A stretch of 64,000 bases of DNA from Chrysomallon squamiferum (GCA_012295275.1 CM022667.1:930001-994000), one strand, 5' to 3'. Positions 31,995 to 46,199 are shown, numbered from the stretch's first letter. The notes: generated from the sequence alone by a model not told the origin. Made by a program: numbers and translations.

Positions 31995-34900
31995 AGTTGT
32001 GATAGTGTTTGTGGTAGTGTTGGTGGTAGTGTTTGTGGTAGTGTTTGTGGTAGTATTGGTGGTAGTGTTTGTGGTAGTGCTTGTGGTAGTGTTTGTGGTA
32101 GTGTTTGTGGTAGTGTTGGTGGTAGTGTTGGTGGTAGTGTTGGTCGTAGTGTTAGTAGTAGTGTTTGTTGTAGTGTTGGTGGTAGTGTTGGTAGTAGTGT
32201 TTGTGGTAGTGTTTGTGGTAGTGTTGGTGGTATTGTTTGTTGTATTGTTTGTGGTAGTGTTGGTGGTAGTGTTTGTTGTATTGTTGGTGGTAGTGTTTAT
32301 GGAAGTGTTGGTGGTAGTGTTTGTGGTAGTGCTTGTTGTAGTGTTGGTGGTAGTGTTGGTGGTAGTGTTTGTTGTAGTAGTGTTTGGGGTAGTGTTGGTG
32401 GTAGTGTTGGTGGTAGTGCTTGTGATAGTGTTTGTGGTAGTGCTTGTTGTAGTGTTGGTGGTAGTGCTTGTGGTAGTGTTTGTGGTAGTGTTGGTGGTAA
32501 TGGTTGTGGTAGTGATTGTGGTAGTGTTTATGATAGTATTTGTGGTAGTGCTTGTGGTAGTGTTGGTAGTAGTGTTGGTGGTAGTGCTTGTTGTAGTGTT
32601 TGTGGTAGTGTTGGTGGTAATGTTGGTGGTAATGTTGTTGTGGTAGTGCTTGTGGTAGTCTTGGTGGTAGTGTTGGTAGTATTGTTGGTTGTAGTGTTAG
32701 TAGTAGTGTTTGTTGTAGTGCTTGTGGTAGTGTTGGTAGTAGTGTTTGTGGTAGTGTTTGTTGTAGTGCTTGTGGTAGTGTGTTGGTGGTAGTGTTTGTA
32801 GTAGTGTTGGTGGTAGTGTTTGTGGTAGTGCTGATGGTAGTGTTTGTTGTAGTGCGTGTTGGTAGTGTTTGTGGTAGTGTTGGTGGTAGTGTTGGTGGTA
32901 GTGTTGGTGGTAGTGTTGGTGGTAGTGTTGTGCTAGTGCTTGTGGTAGTGTTGGTGGTAGTGTTGGTGGTAGTGTTTGTGGTAGTGCTTGTTGTAGTGCG
33001 TGTTGTAGTGTTTGTGGTAGATGTTGGTGGTAGTGTTGGTGGTAGTGTTGGTGGTAGTGTTGGTGGTAGTGTTGGTGGTAGTGTTGGTGGTAGTGTTTGT
33101 GGTAGTGTTGGTGGTAGTGTTGGTGGTAGTGTTGGTGGTAGTGTTGGTGGTAGTGTTGGTGGTAGTGTTGGTGGTAGTGTTGGTGGTGGTAGTGTTGGTG
33201 GTAGTGTTGGTGGTAGTGTTGGTGGTAGTGCTTGTGGTAGTGCTTGTGGTAGTGTGTTGGTAGTATTGTTGGTCGTAGTGTTAGTAGTAGTGTTTGTTGT
33301 AGTGCTTGTGGTAGTGTTGGTGGTAGTGTTTGTGGAAGTGTTGGTGGTAGTGTTTGTGGTAGTGTTTGTGTTAGTGCTTGTTGTAGTGCTTGTGGTAGTG
33401 TTGGTAGTAGTGTTTATGATAGTGTTGGTGGTAGTGCTTGTGTAGTAGTGTTGGTAGTGTGTTTGTTGTAGTGCTTGTGGTAGTGTTGGTAGTAGTGTTT
33501 GTTGTAGTGTTTGTGGTAGTGTTGGTAGTAGTGTTGGTGGTAGTGTTGGTGGTAGTGCTTGTGATAGTGTTTGTGGTAGTGCTTGTGGTAGTGTTGGTGG
33601 TAGTGTTTGTGGAAGTGTTTGTGGTAGTGTTTGTGGTAGTGTTTGTGGTAGTGTTTGTGTTAGTGTTTTTGTTGTAGTGTTGGTGGTAGTGTTTGTGTTA
33701 GTGTTTGTGTAGTGTTGGTGGTAGTGTGTTTGTGGTAGTGTTGGTGGTAGTGTTTGTGGTAGTGTTGGTGGTAGTGTTTGTTGTAGTGTTTGTGGTAGTG
33801 CTTGTGGTAGTGTTGGTAGTAGTGTTGGTGGTAGTGCTTGTAGTAGTATTGGTAGTAGTGCTTGTGGTAGTGTTGGTGGTAGTGTTGGTGGTAGTGTTTG
33901 TGGTAGTGCTTGTTGTAGTGTTTGTGGTAGTGTTGGTGGTAGTGTTTGTGGAAGTGTTGGTGGTAGTGTTTGTGGTAGTGTTTATGTTAGTGCTAGTTGT
34001 AGTGTTTGTGGTAGTGTTTGTGTTAGTGCTTGTTGTAGTGTTTGTGGTAGTGCTGGTGGTAGTGTTTGTTGTAGTGTTTGTTGTAGTGCGTGTTGTAGTG
34101 TTTGTGGTAGTGTTGGTGGTAGTGTTTGTGGTAGTGTTGGTGGTAGTGTTTGTGGTAGTGCTTGTGGTAGTGTTGGTGGTAGTGTTTGTGGTAGTGCTTG
34201 TTGTAGTGCGTGTTGTAGTGTTTGTGGTAGTGTTGGTGGTAGTGTTGGTGGTAGTGTTTGTGGTAGTGTTGGTGGTAGTGCTTGTGGTAGTGTTGGTAGT
34301 ATTGTTGGTCGTAGTGTTAGTAGTAGTGTTTGTTGTAGTGCTTGTGGTAGTGTTGGTGGTAGTGTTTGTGGAAGTGTTGGTGGTAGTGTTTGTGTTAGTG
34401 TTTGTGTTAGTGCTTGTTGTAGTGCTTGTGGTAGTGTTGGTAGTAGTGTTTATGATAGTGTTTGTTGTAGTGTTTGTGGTAGTGTTGGTAGTAGTGTTGG
34501 TGGTAGTGTTGGTGGTAGTGCTTGTGATAGTGTTTGTGGTAGTGCTTGTGGTAGTGTTGGTGGTAGTGTTTGTGGAAGTGTTTGTGGTAGTGTTTGTGGT
34601 AGTGTTTGTGGTAGTGTTTGTGTTAGTGTTTGTTGTAGTGTTGGTGGTAGTGTTTGTGTTAGTGTTTGTGGTAGTGTTGGTGGTAGTGTTTGTGGTAGTG
34701 TTGGTGGTAGTGTTTGTGGTAGTGTTGGTGGTAGTGTTTGTTGTAGTGTTTGTGGTAGTGCTTGTGGTAGTGTTGGTAGTAGTGTTGGTGGTAGTGCTTG
34801 TAGTAGTGTTGGTAGTAGTGCTTGTGGTAGTGTTGGTGGTAGTGTTGGTGGTAGTGTTTGTGGTAGTGCTTGTTGTAGTGTTTGTGGTAGTGTTGGTGGT

Positions 34901-36410
34901 AGTGTTTGTGGAAGTGTTGGTGGTAGTGTTTGTGGTAGTGTTTGTGTTAGTGCTTGTTGTAGTGTTTGTGGTAGTGTTTGTGTTAGTGCTTGTTGTAGTG
35001 TTTGTGGTAGTGCTGGTGGTAGTGTTTGTTGTAGTGTTTGTTGTAGTGCGTGTTGTAGTGTTTGTGGTAGTGTTGGTGGTAGTGTTTGTGGTAGTGTTGG
35101 TGGTAGTGTTTGTGGTAGTGCTTGTGGTAGTGTTGGTGGTAGTGTTTGTGGTAGTGCTTGTTGTAGTGCGTGTTGTAGTGTTTGTGGTAGTGTTGGTGGT
35201 AGTGTTGGTGGTAGTGTTTGTGGTAGTGTTGGTGGTAGTGCTTGTGGTAGTGTTGGTAGTATTGTTGGTCGTAGTGTTAGTAGTAGTGTTTGTTGTAGTG
35301 CTTGTGGTAGTGTTGGTGGTAGTGTTTGTGGAAGTGTTGGTGGTAGTGTTTGTGTTAGTGTTTGTGTTAGTGCTTGTTGTAGTGCTTGTGGTAGTGTTGG
35401 TAGTAGTGTTTATGATAGTGTTTGTGGTAGTGCTTGTGGTAGTGTTGGTAGTAGTGTTGGTGATAGTGCTTGTAGTAGTATTGGTAGTAGTGCTTGTGGT
35501 AGTGTTGGTGGTAGTGTTGGTGGTAGTGTTTGTGGTAGTGCTTGTTGTAGTGTTTGTGGTAGTGTTTGTGATAGTGCTTGTGGTAGTGTTGGTGGTAGTG
35601 TTTGTGGTAGTGCTTGTGGTAGTGTTTGTGGTAGTGTTTGTGGTAGTGCTTGTTGTAGTGCTTGTTGTAGTGCTTGTTGTAGTGTTTGTGGTAGTGTTGG
35701 TGGTAGTGTTTGTGGTAGTGTTTGTGGTAGTGCTTGTTGTAGTGCTTGTTGTAGTGTTTGTGGTAGTGTTGGTGGTAGTGTTTGTGGTAGTGTTTGTTGT
35801 AGTATTTGTGATAGTGTTGGTGGTAGTGCTTGTTGTAGTGCGTGTTGTAGTGTTTGTGTTAGTGCTTGTGGTAGTGTTGGTGGTAGTGTTTGTGGTAGTG
35901 TTTGTGATAGTGTTGGTGGTAGTGTTTGTTGTAGTGTTTGTGGTAGTGTTGGTGGTAGTGTTTGTGGTAGTGTTTGTGGTAGTGCTTGTTGTAGTGCTTG
36001 TTGTAGTGCTTGTTGTAGTGTTTGTGGTAGTGTTGGTGGTAGTGTTTGTGGTAGTGTTTGTGGTAGTGCTTGTTGTAGTGCTTGTTGTAGTGTTTGTGGT
36101 AGTGTTTGTGGTAGTGTTTGTGGTAGTGCTTGTTGTAGTGCTTGTTGTAGTGCTTGTTGTAGTGTTTGTGGTAGTGCTTGTGGTAGTGCTTGTGGTAATG
36201 CTTGTGGTAGTGGTTGTTGTAGTGTTTGTGGTAGTGTTTGTAGTAGTGTTGGTGGAAGTTCTGGTGGTGGTGTTTGTTGTAGTGTTTGTGGTAGTGTTTA
36301 TGACAGTGTTTGTGGTAGTGTTTGTGGTAGTGTTGGTGGTAGTGCTTGTAGTAGTGTTGGTAGTAGTTTTTGTCGTAGTGTTGGTAGTAGTGTTTATGGT
36401 AGTTATGGTA
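31995..36410. repeat. 4.4 kb 12-bp-unit minisatellite (consensus GTGGTAGTGTTT / GTGGTAGTGTTG / GTGGTAGTGCTT)
   Basis: Directly visible tandem array; explains ORFs 33698..36472(-), 33705..36506(+) and 31941-33677(+). Confidence 0.97.
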
Positions 36411-37290
36411 GCCATGGAAGTTTTTGGTAATGGTGTATTATTAGTTGTAGTAATATTGGTTCTTGTTACCATTCTTGTTATTATTTATTTATTTTTATTA
36501 TTATAATCCATTATTGATTTTATTAATATTATTATTATTGCTACAATTGTCATTGTTGTTCAGCATCATCTATTTCTTCTTTTATTATCATTATAATCAT
36601 CTTCTTCTTTTTCATCATCTTCATCTTCTTTTTTTATCATCATCATAATCATCATCTTTTTTCTTTATCACCTTCACCATCATCTTCATCTTTCTCATCT
36701 TCAATATCATCTTCATCTTTGTCTTCTTCTTCTTCCTATTATCATAGAAATGTTTCTCTCAAACCCATTACAATGCTGTTTAGCATTCAGGACATACATA
36801 CCATTCAGCAGTATGTGTCATAAACAGTAATAAACTGAACAATGTCAGCAGTAAAACTGAAACAGTAAATTAAGCTAATTTTATCGAAAATTACGAATCG
36901 ATTCATCCCGCTCACTAATCACCTGTGAGCTCAAATCTTTCACGCTGATCTCATAATTAGACAAGAATAAGCCGAGATATTCTCCTAGCGAGATACGAAA
37001 ATTTAATACATGGCTGTCTGTCTTCTAATTTGGCACGGTGATGTGAGGTAAAAAAGATGGTATGATAATTGTGTATGGTAGACTTGTTGCACACGTTTGT
37101 TTATTGATGAGAACCAGACTTTTATTTTGAGAAGAAAATTAGAATGATTTCTCTGAAGTATAGAAACATGTAATAATGGATGTGATTGTGTATGTGTGAG
37201 TCTGTTTGTGTGTGTGTGTGTTTGAGGGTAAGTAAGTGTATATGAATACTTTTAAAAATATAGAAATCCATTAATGTATCTTTTTATATA

Positions 37291-37396
<106 letters not shown>

Positions 37397-38009
37397 CCAC
37401 AAACAACAAACAGGCATACATTATTTCATATCTACCTGGAAAATAAATTAATACAACAAACAAAAACATCACTGAAAGATTCTAATATGAATTACAAACA
37501 TTAAAAACCGATATTGAAACAATTAGTTACTTTTTATCATCACCTAATCCAGATATTACATAATTATGAGGTCAAATTCTGACAAACTGTTCCGTTAAAC
37601 TCCTGAAATTTAATCAGGCGAATTAGCAGCTTGATGAATTTGCTCCGAAAACTAAACAGCTTTCCAATATGTTTGTTCACTTCACTCGTTCCCAATTTGC
37701 TACGGTTGGGATTATCCAAATATTTATTCTCAAATCAAAGCACTATGCCTGCTCTGTACCAGTGATTGGAAAGCCACAAATCAAACATGCTAATAAAAAT
37801 TCAATAACCCTTAAAAGAAAAGAGATTAGCCAGTAACTATTTTCAATATCTGTGGCCGTCCAAGTGCAGAAAACAAACACTGTATATGCATATATATGGA
37901 TCGGCCACGATGAAAACTATAACGGTGGAAAATAAATATAATTGTATTTCTATTAATGCCTCTATGATCTTATGAGTAACATATCATGTAATTGATTTTC
38001 TATAACAGA

Positions 38010-38062
<53 letters not shown>

Positions 38063-39939
38063 GGAACTGTAATCTGTTAGGGGGATCATATCTAAAGCAC
38101 TATTATCATTATTTCTATTCAAATTAACTGCAGGGGGTCCCTGTGCAATAATTGCTGTATGCCGCAGTGCAAACAAACCCGCACACACTGAACTGACGCT
38201 GGGTGTTTTGTGATGTAACATGGTTTTTGCATTTATTACGTGTCGCATGCCAGTGGTGCAGCATTGTGTGCGCTGACATGTATTCGAAAGAGACAATGGT
38301 TCTCTGAGTGCTGTGCATTCATGATAACACTGCTTCAGGAAGAAGACCTTAATTGAACTGGTGAATAAAATGATAACACTGTTCTGATAAAATATATATA
38401 AATATACTTTATGTTGTTTTTTTTGAATATATGCCTTGACATTTTCATTGCTGCTTCAGAGTTTGAACATAATAGTTTAATTTTCAGTAGCAATTCCATG
38501 GTTCATTTCTGTTACAAATTACATCATTGATTTGCTGATGTTTTATTGATATGAGAAATTCCAATGGAAACACCAATGATTGTTGGCATTTATCTACAAA
38601 AACCTGACATGTAGTCTTTTTCAGGATAGCATGTGTATACTAATAAAAAATTACTGTAAATGTGTTTTTGCTATTATTACATCTATGTGTGAGTGTGTGT
38701 GTTTATCAAAATGAAATGGTACGTGCTGACTGGTTCAGGGTGACATTTTCATTAAGAACTTCTTTCCAGCAGCTAGTTTGCAAAAGTTTGTCTACAAATC
38801 CACTTACAATAACAGAATAACTTCAGTTACCCAAAACCAAAGGTTCTGAGACAGTACTTCAATTTCGTGCTTTAACGTAGTAACACACAATTCTGAATTA
38901 TCTCAAACAATCATGGCATGAACTTCTATGCTTAAATGCCTTGAAGTAACATTTAAACTAGCACAAACACACATACACTAGCAAAAAAAGTCTTGCCATT
39001 TACTTTACTGCCTATAAATAAGTGTAAAAATATCAACTTCATGCAGTGACCTCCGTAGGAAGCCAGCGTCAATGAAATGGTCATTATGTTATGTGTGCAT
39101 TCACAGTTGTTACCACAGAGCAGAAAACACAATAATTGATCTGTATTGATCTTAAAGAGCGTAATAAATAACACATTATTCACACTGGGCTTGAGGTACA
39201 GTAGTTATCCCACAGTCAGCATATCGTTGATAGTATGAATATGACTGAAGGATGTAAGAAATGTTTTCATTCTAAGATTATATGGTTTCATGTCTGTGGG
39301 CTGACAATATATATATACACATACATACAAACACACATCTATATAAAATGAAAAAGAAACCTTTTATTCTCTTGCAATGGGTTAATCACTTCTGGCTAGA
39401 AACTTTTACACACACACACACACACACACTCAGCTATATATATATATAGCAAAGCATATTCATGTCAGAACCAGTCTACTTCAGTTTTCCTCATTAGGCT
39501 ATCTTTTTCTTCTGTCAATGCTATTAGTCTGTTTATGGGAAGGAGCATTATAGAAATTATCTTGCTGCCATTAAAAAACCCAACAAAAAACAAGACAAAT
39601 GAGAAGAAAAAGATAATGAGATAAATATGTTAATAAAATAAAATTTAAAGGAAGCTTATCATACAGTTATTAGATTTATTACTTTCTGCTTGGTGTCTGT
39701 TTTATTTTTATACAGAGGGTGATCCTTAAATGCCACAGAAACCATAAAGCCACAATATTAAATAAAACAATTCTTCATTTTTAAAACAGTTCTTCTAAAG
39801 TTAAAATTGTGCATGAATGTATGTGTCTGTCAATCTGATCACATTATCAAGTCATCATTCTTGCTGATCACATCGTCAAATTTCTTACTCATCATGTCAT
39901 CAGGCCAGTGCTGAGCAGCCTTAAATTAGGTCAACATAG

Positions 39940-40380
39940 GCACTGAATTCTGAAGTAAAACTGACCAATGGTCAAATATCTGAAATAGCTCGATGAAGGC
40001 ATCAAATTCAGGAATTAAGTGAACAATGATCAGATCTAAAATAACTTGACAAAGTCACAAAATTCTGAAATATATTTTAAAATGTTAGACAAATGGAGTC
40101 AAATAAGCATGAAACAGATGAGTAATTCTGGAACGAAATTCACCAATGGTCAAATCAGTGGACCTAAATTACCTTCAAAACTGGTGCCGAATTTTTAAAA
40201 TAAAAATGATCAACTGTTAGATAAATGGAGCTAAATTAGCTCAATACTGGTAATAATATATTCTGGGCCACAATTCACCTGCGATCAGATCAGTGGTCCT
40301 GAAATAGCACAACACACAAGCACTGAATTGTTGATTAAAATTCACCAGTGGTCGTATCAATGAACCTAAATTAGCAAGAA
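39940..40380. repeat. Diverged tandem repeat (aattcacca.tggtca.atcagtgg.cctaaattagc)
   Basis: Motif recurs at ~39960, 40137, 40272 and 40339. Confidence 0.7.
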
Positions 40381-40884
40381 CTGTTGTATATTGACTTACA
40401 GTACCAGGTGCCCCTTTGCTTGGTTCATTTTCCTGCTGACAAATCCACTAACCTCATAACTGACTGTGTCTGCCTCTCAGACACATACAGAGTAGCTGAC
40501 CCAGATTTCCCGGCCCTGCCCTGCCCCACCCCAGGTGTGTCTAATAAAAGGAGTACCGGTACTTCTGTCTGGAGTTAAGGTTCTTATCATCTGTGGCCAA
40601 TATAAATAATTTATTTTTTATTACCAGATGGTGCAGAGGAGAACTGTTTGTTAGTCAGGCTTGTAGATAAGCATGTTTAACATTGACAGTAATTCATTTC
40701 TGAAAATGCTACAGTGATTGGCAAATTCGTTACTTACCCATTGACTTATTGAACATTTTCTTCTAGACTGTTTCTTGTACTCACAGATATAGTAAATATT
40801 TGCTTTATAAATAGTAACTTTTATCCATCTACTGTCTTGCTAAAATCTTTACAGTTTAAATTAATTCATAATTACCCACCACAG

Positions 40885-41115
40885 AGCCAGCAAACCTTAC
40901 TGTTTGAAATAGTTCTCATACCCACTTACTCAGTCAGCAAATCTTACTGTTTGAAATAGTTCTCATACCCACTTACTCAGCCAGCAAATCTTTACAGTGT
41001 AAACTATTACTGTTATTAACTCACTTACTGACAAGATAAAGATTTACAGTGTAAACTGTTACTGTTATTAACTCACTTACTGACAAGATAAAGATTTACG
41101 GTGTAAACTGTTACT
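40885..41115. repeat. Adjacent 47-bp and 52-bp tandem duplications
   Basis: cagcaaatcttactgtttgaaatagttctcatacccacttactcag x2, then tttacagtgtaaactattactgttattaactcacttactgacaagataaaga x2 plus a partial copy. Confidence 0.92.
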
Positions 41116-41994
41116 TAGCCACCTGATGTTTCAGTAATCTTTATTTTCTCTTTCTTTCTTTCGTACACAATTTTCTCTTTCTCACGTAATTTTTCCTCTC
41201 TTTTTGACTCCATCTCTTTCTCTCACTCACCTTTTTCTCTCTTTCACCAACCTTTTTCTCACCTACCACCCTTTTTCTCTTTCAAACCCACCTACTTTGT
41301 TGGTAAACCTTTACCACTTGAACTGTATACCTTAACAATCTTTCTACTGTATTCGCAGACTTTATTGTCTAAATGGTTTCTCATACCAGTGTACTTTTTA
41401 CTGACAAAACTTTTAATAGAAACACGAATGACAGTATAGAGTAAATGCACAGAAAAACAATTTCTGAGTTATAATGAATTATTTATCATGTTGTTATCTC
41501 CACATACCAGAGTTACTGTATGCTGTCTGTGTAATATTTTCTTGTATTAACTTGGTGTTCTATCAGCTTATCTAACATAGTTATTACATTGATATTGCTT
41601 TTACTTGTTCGAAAAAAAATAAGAAAGCTTTTCTTGAAAATTTTCATTCATGTGTCACAGATATATTTTAATTCAGTTAATTAATACCTTTATCAATTGA
41701 TAAAAATGTAACTGTTTTTATTGCATAGCTATGTGTATGCATGTAGTTGTGTATATGTAATTCATCTTGCCAATAGAAGATATTTGGATGTCATTGATCT
41801 TTATGTTCATTTTTGTCTCTCAGTCTAATCTTAAGCAGCCTGACACAGCTAATAACTTTATTCTCTCAGCTTACTCAAATAAGTGTGAAATAGAGTTAAA
41901 TTCACACATCAATAAATAAAATCAGATTATGTAAATGTTCATCAAATGAGAATAAGAATCTGTGAAAACTTATTTTTCTCAGCTGTTGATTTTG

Positions 41995-42302
41995 ACTTTG
42001 TTGCTGATCATATCATCAAGTCATCTTTGTTGCTGATTATTTCATCAAGTCATCTTTGTTGCTGATCAGATCATCAAGTCATCTTTGTTGCTGATTATTT
42101 CATCAAGTCATTTTTCTTACTGATCACATCATCAAGTCACTTTTCATGCTGATCACATCATCAAGTCATCTTTGTTACTGAACACATCATCAAGTCATCT
42201 TTCTTGCTGATCACATCATCAAGTCATCTTTCTTACTGATCATATCATCAAGTCATCTTTCTTGCTGATCCCATCATCAAGTCACTTTTTTTGCTGATCA
42301 CG
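41995..42302. repeat. 30-31 bp minisatellite, about 10 copies (TGCTGATCACATCATCAAGTCATCTTTCT)
   Basis: Direct inspection; 2-3 related units also occur at 39835-39903. Confidence 0.95.
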
Positions 42303-42723
42303 TTGTGCAGTGTCACTGTGTCACTGTGCTGAGAGCTGTTGTCAGATCTAAGTAGATGTTTTCACTGAATGGAAATTTCTGAGCTGTTGTAGTCAAGTGT
42401 CTGGCGCTAGTTAGATATGTAGATTTAATACAGCGCAGCACAGAGAAGTGGATTTCCATAAACTCTTTCACAATTTCTTTATTGGTTAACTTCGTTTATT
42501 TATACGACAGATGAATTTGTGAATTCCTGGCAAAATTACTGACAGACTTAAATCAAAGCAAGATTTAAAAAGTTATATATAAAAAAAAGTTATAAATCAG
42601 AAACACCTGAAGTTCAAATAATTATAAAAAAAAAAAAAATTAATTAATAAAAAATTTAAAAAAAAATTAAAATTCAAATAAATAAGAGAAAAGGAATTTT
42701 AAAAAATTCCTTGCCATCTCACA

Positions 42724-42771
<48 letters not shown>

Positions 42772-43342
42772 TTCACATATTTTTCAATCAACTAGCCACA
42801 AATTGTTATTTGAGAAGGAGATTGAATCCGAATCACCCAATGGTGACACGATCCGAACGTCCGTCAGTCGCGGCTGTCAGCTCTGACGGAGAAGGTACAA
42901 CTGGAAGTCATCTGCACTCCAATCAAAAGGCAATGTTTTTCAGCTGCAAAACTACCAAGATTTAACTCTGTTACGCGAGACGTTGTTCCATCTGTCCACA
43001 CTGAGCTGTATAATCAGAACAGAAAGTGACGGTATTGATCTAGACATGCAAGAAATATTAATGAAAACTGAGATTTTGAGGTGCTTTGTTTCAGGAGGGA
43101 GGATGAGGTAGTAAGTGTATTTATGCAATATCCCTCTTTATAACTTTTAAGCACAGTTTGACACTGAGGTGTATACATGATGTACATCTCAGTTGAGATA
43201 TATTTTCAGATATACTAACATTCATATTGACATATGTACTTGTGTCCTCAAAGATATTGTAAGAAAATAAATACCTTAATGGTACGTTTTCCAGGACGTT
43301 TGTACCTATACTGCTAGCACACATCCAAATATACACACACAC

Positions 43343-43466
43343 ACAAACATATAATCAGACACACACATACAAACATATAATCAGACACACACATACAAAC
43401 ATATAATCAGACACACACATACAAACATATAATCAGAAACACACATACAAACATATAATCAGACAC
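43343..43466. repeat. 26-bp minisatellite (ACAAACATATAATCAGACACACACAT) x ~4.7
   Basis: Direct inspection. Confidence 0.93.
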
Positions 43467-46114
43467 AAACATGTACCTTAGACAGCCACACACAATTACA
43501 TATAAACAAATATGTACACATATATACACAGACATACTCACAGAAATATAAACACACAGTCACATGCATACACAAAACTACTCTCTTGCCAATACACAAA
43601 GATAAACTTGGACACACACACATACACAAACACACACACACTCAAACACACTCATAACACTCAAACACCCAAACACCCAAACAGAAATACCCAAAAAAAA
43701 GACATATATTAGAAAACAGATCAGAACTTCTGAAAAATTCTGAGTCCTGTAGTTATCAGGAAATAACTGGATTACAATTTAAATAAATTTAAATTACACC
43801 ACAGAAGCAGCATGTAATCACTTTACTGGATTAAATACAGGACACTCAGTTTAGCATGATGTAATAAACAGACAAGAAGAAAAAATAGTCTAGAAGATAA
43901 CAATCACTGAAAACTTGATTATGTCCAATGAAGGTTCAGATATGTTTGTACTGGACAGACAATGTCTGTATGTCTGTATATATATATACAGATACATGCT
44001 TGAAATAAGGAAGACAGACAGATGAATAAACGAATGGATGAAAGAATGAATGAATGGACAGATGATGGATGCAGTAAAACAGAAAACTGTATCAATAAAT
44101 CATGCAATGAGTAGATGGATGATGCAAAAAAAAAGAGACAGAAAAACTGGATGGATGTATTAGCAGAGCTTGCTGGTTAAACAGATGACTGGCTAGGTGA
44201 AAGGATCCATTAAGTCAGCAAGGTGGATGAATGGATGAATGGACACATCAAGAATGCTCAGTCTGACCTTCAGACTAGTTGGGTGTCACATGATATCTCT
44301 AAATGATGACAGGAAGATTAATGTGTTGTTTGGGTGAATAGATATAAAAAATTAAAAAAACCGTTTCCTCAGCTCACAGACACAATAACAGAAACTCAGA
44401 CTGAGTGGGTGGTACGGAAATGATGTAAGGAAAAAGAAAAAAATGTATAATTAATGGCACAAAAAATGTATTGTCTGAATGAAAAAACATAATAAAGACA
44501 AAAAAAAAGGTGAAAGAAAGTAACAATGAAGAGAATAAAAACTAATAAATATTAGAAAATGAATGAATTTTTTTTTTTTTTTTGAAAGTAATTATGATAA
44601 ATGATAATAAAAAAATTATTAAATATTAAATTTTTTTAATAATAATATATATTTTTTTAAATAAAAAAAAAAAGATAATTGATTACTAAAGATGTAAAAA
44701 AAACTCTTCAAATAATAAAAAACACAATCATATTTTGCACACACCTACAAACACACCATAAACATTATATACCATATACAGACACACACATATACACACA
44801 CAGAACTCATGCATACACATATACACACACACAAGCACACACCCCAACAACATTATTCCCTCTGATGCACAGGGACTTCATTTCTCAGCTATCATTTGAT
44901 TAGGGACACATAATTAGAGACACAAATGCTTTATCTAGTTACTTGTAATGTCTCTATGAACACAACTGTGATAGTCACGAATGCTTTAGTAATTGCTGCA
45001 GTCTTTAACACCCCACTGTGACATTCAGATTAGAGAGGTGAAGAAAGACTGGGCTGTGATTTCTCACAGAAACATGTAGTCAACATGTCAGCTGTCCTCT
45101 GATGTCTTGTCAATGATTTTAAGACAAATTCCAGGCCATGTGAAAGACTCAAACAATAGGAACCGTTATGAAGTCCAAGTATTGTTTTTTCCACCTTTTT
45201 TTTTCAAACATTTTCAAAAACATTTAAATTTTTGTATACATTTTATTACTATTATTATTTTTTTTTTTTTTGTTTATTATTATTATTATTCATTAATTTT
45301 TTTTTTTTTTTTGGAGTTACTATCATACTTATAATAAAAATATTGAGTCAGAAGACAGGTGACTTGTTGTTAAGGTTTATAGTATTGTCCCATTTCCATA
45401 CTATTTGGTATTCACAATATGAAAATAGTACATGAAAGGCCATAGTTCTTTTGTACATATTTATATAATAAAGATTTGTAAAAACAAAAAAAACAAAACA
45501 AAAATTATTGATTAGTGGCTATATTTGGGTTTTGGTGGAGTATTTATTTATTTATTTTAATATTAAGACAGTGAAGTACATGTTTAAAAAATTATATTAA
45601 AAGTAACCTTCATGTTGATAAACATTGTTCATCCTTTTTTATAAATCTTTAAAAAAAACACACCAAAAATTGATACCAGTTTTATGATAAAGATTATATT
45701 TTAACGTACAAAATTAAACATATTTTAAAATGCATTTACCATTCAAGGTCCTATGCCTGGATTATCAAAAGTTTATGAACATATAATATGTATTTTCCTG
45801 TGTATGGGAACACATATAAAATACAATAATTTACTGCTAGTCAAGCAATTTTCACACAGGATTTCCTCTCTGATTTCATCATTAAACAGAAATTAAAACA
45901 GAGCTAACGAACCATCTTTTATGCCTGTAACTATTCTGATGAAGTAATAAATATGACTGACACTAATAAATGTCAAAATTTAAATATGCTGAGAAACTGT
46001 TAAATAAAACACTAATTCTGAGCTGTTCTGTATCATGGAAATAATATATTAACTCTAACACTTTCAATGGTTGATGTGATAGCCAAGATATATGGGTTTT
46101 ATTCTAAAAAAAAA

Positions 46115-46153
<39 letters not shown>

Positions 46154-46199
46154 GACAGCTTCCTTCAAGCAGCTCTTGAAAACCTTCCAAATCCTAAAT

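Noticed and set aside
33705-36506. 933-aa poly-Val ORF and Gly/Ser/Val/Cys ORFs (31941-33677) on the plus strand
   Set aside because: Direct translations of the 12-mer array; no plausible start, splice context or protein architecture.
40738-40756. Strong minus-strand donor ATGG|gtaagt preceded by MFNKSM
   Set aside because: Phase fits, but there is no acceptor tract or signal peptide; could be chance in a 28 kb intron.
41995-42302. 30-bp periodic array as CRISPR-like
   Set aside because: Contiguous units without unique spacers, eukaryotic context, no cas genes.
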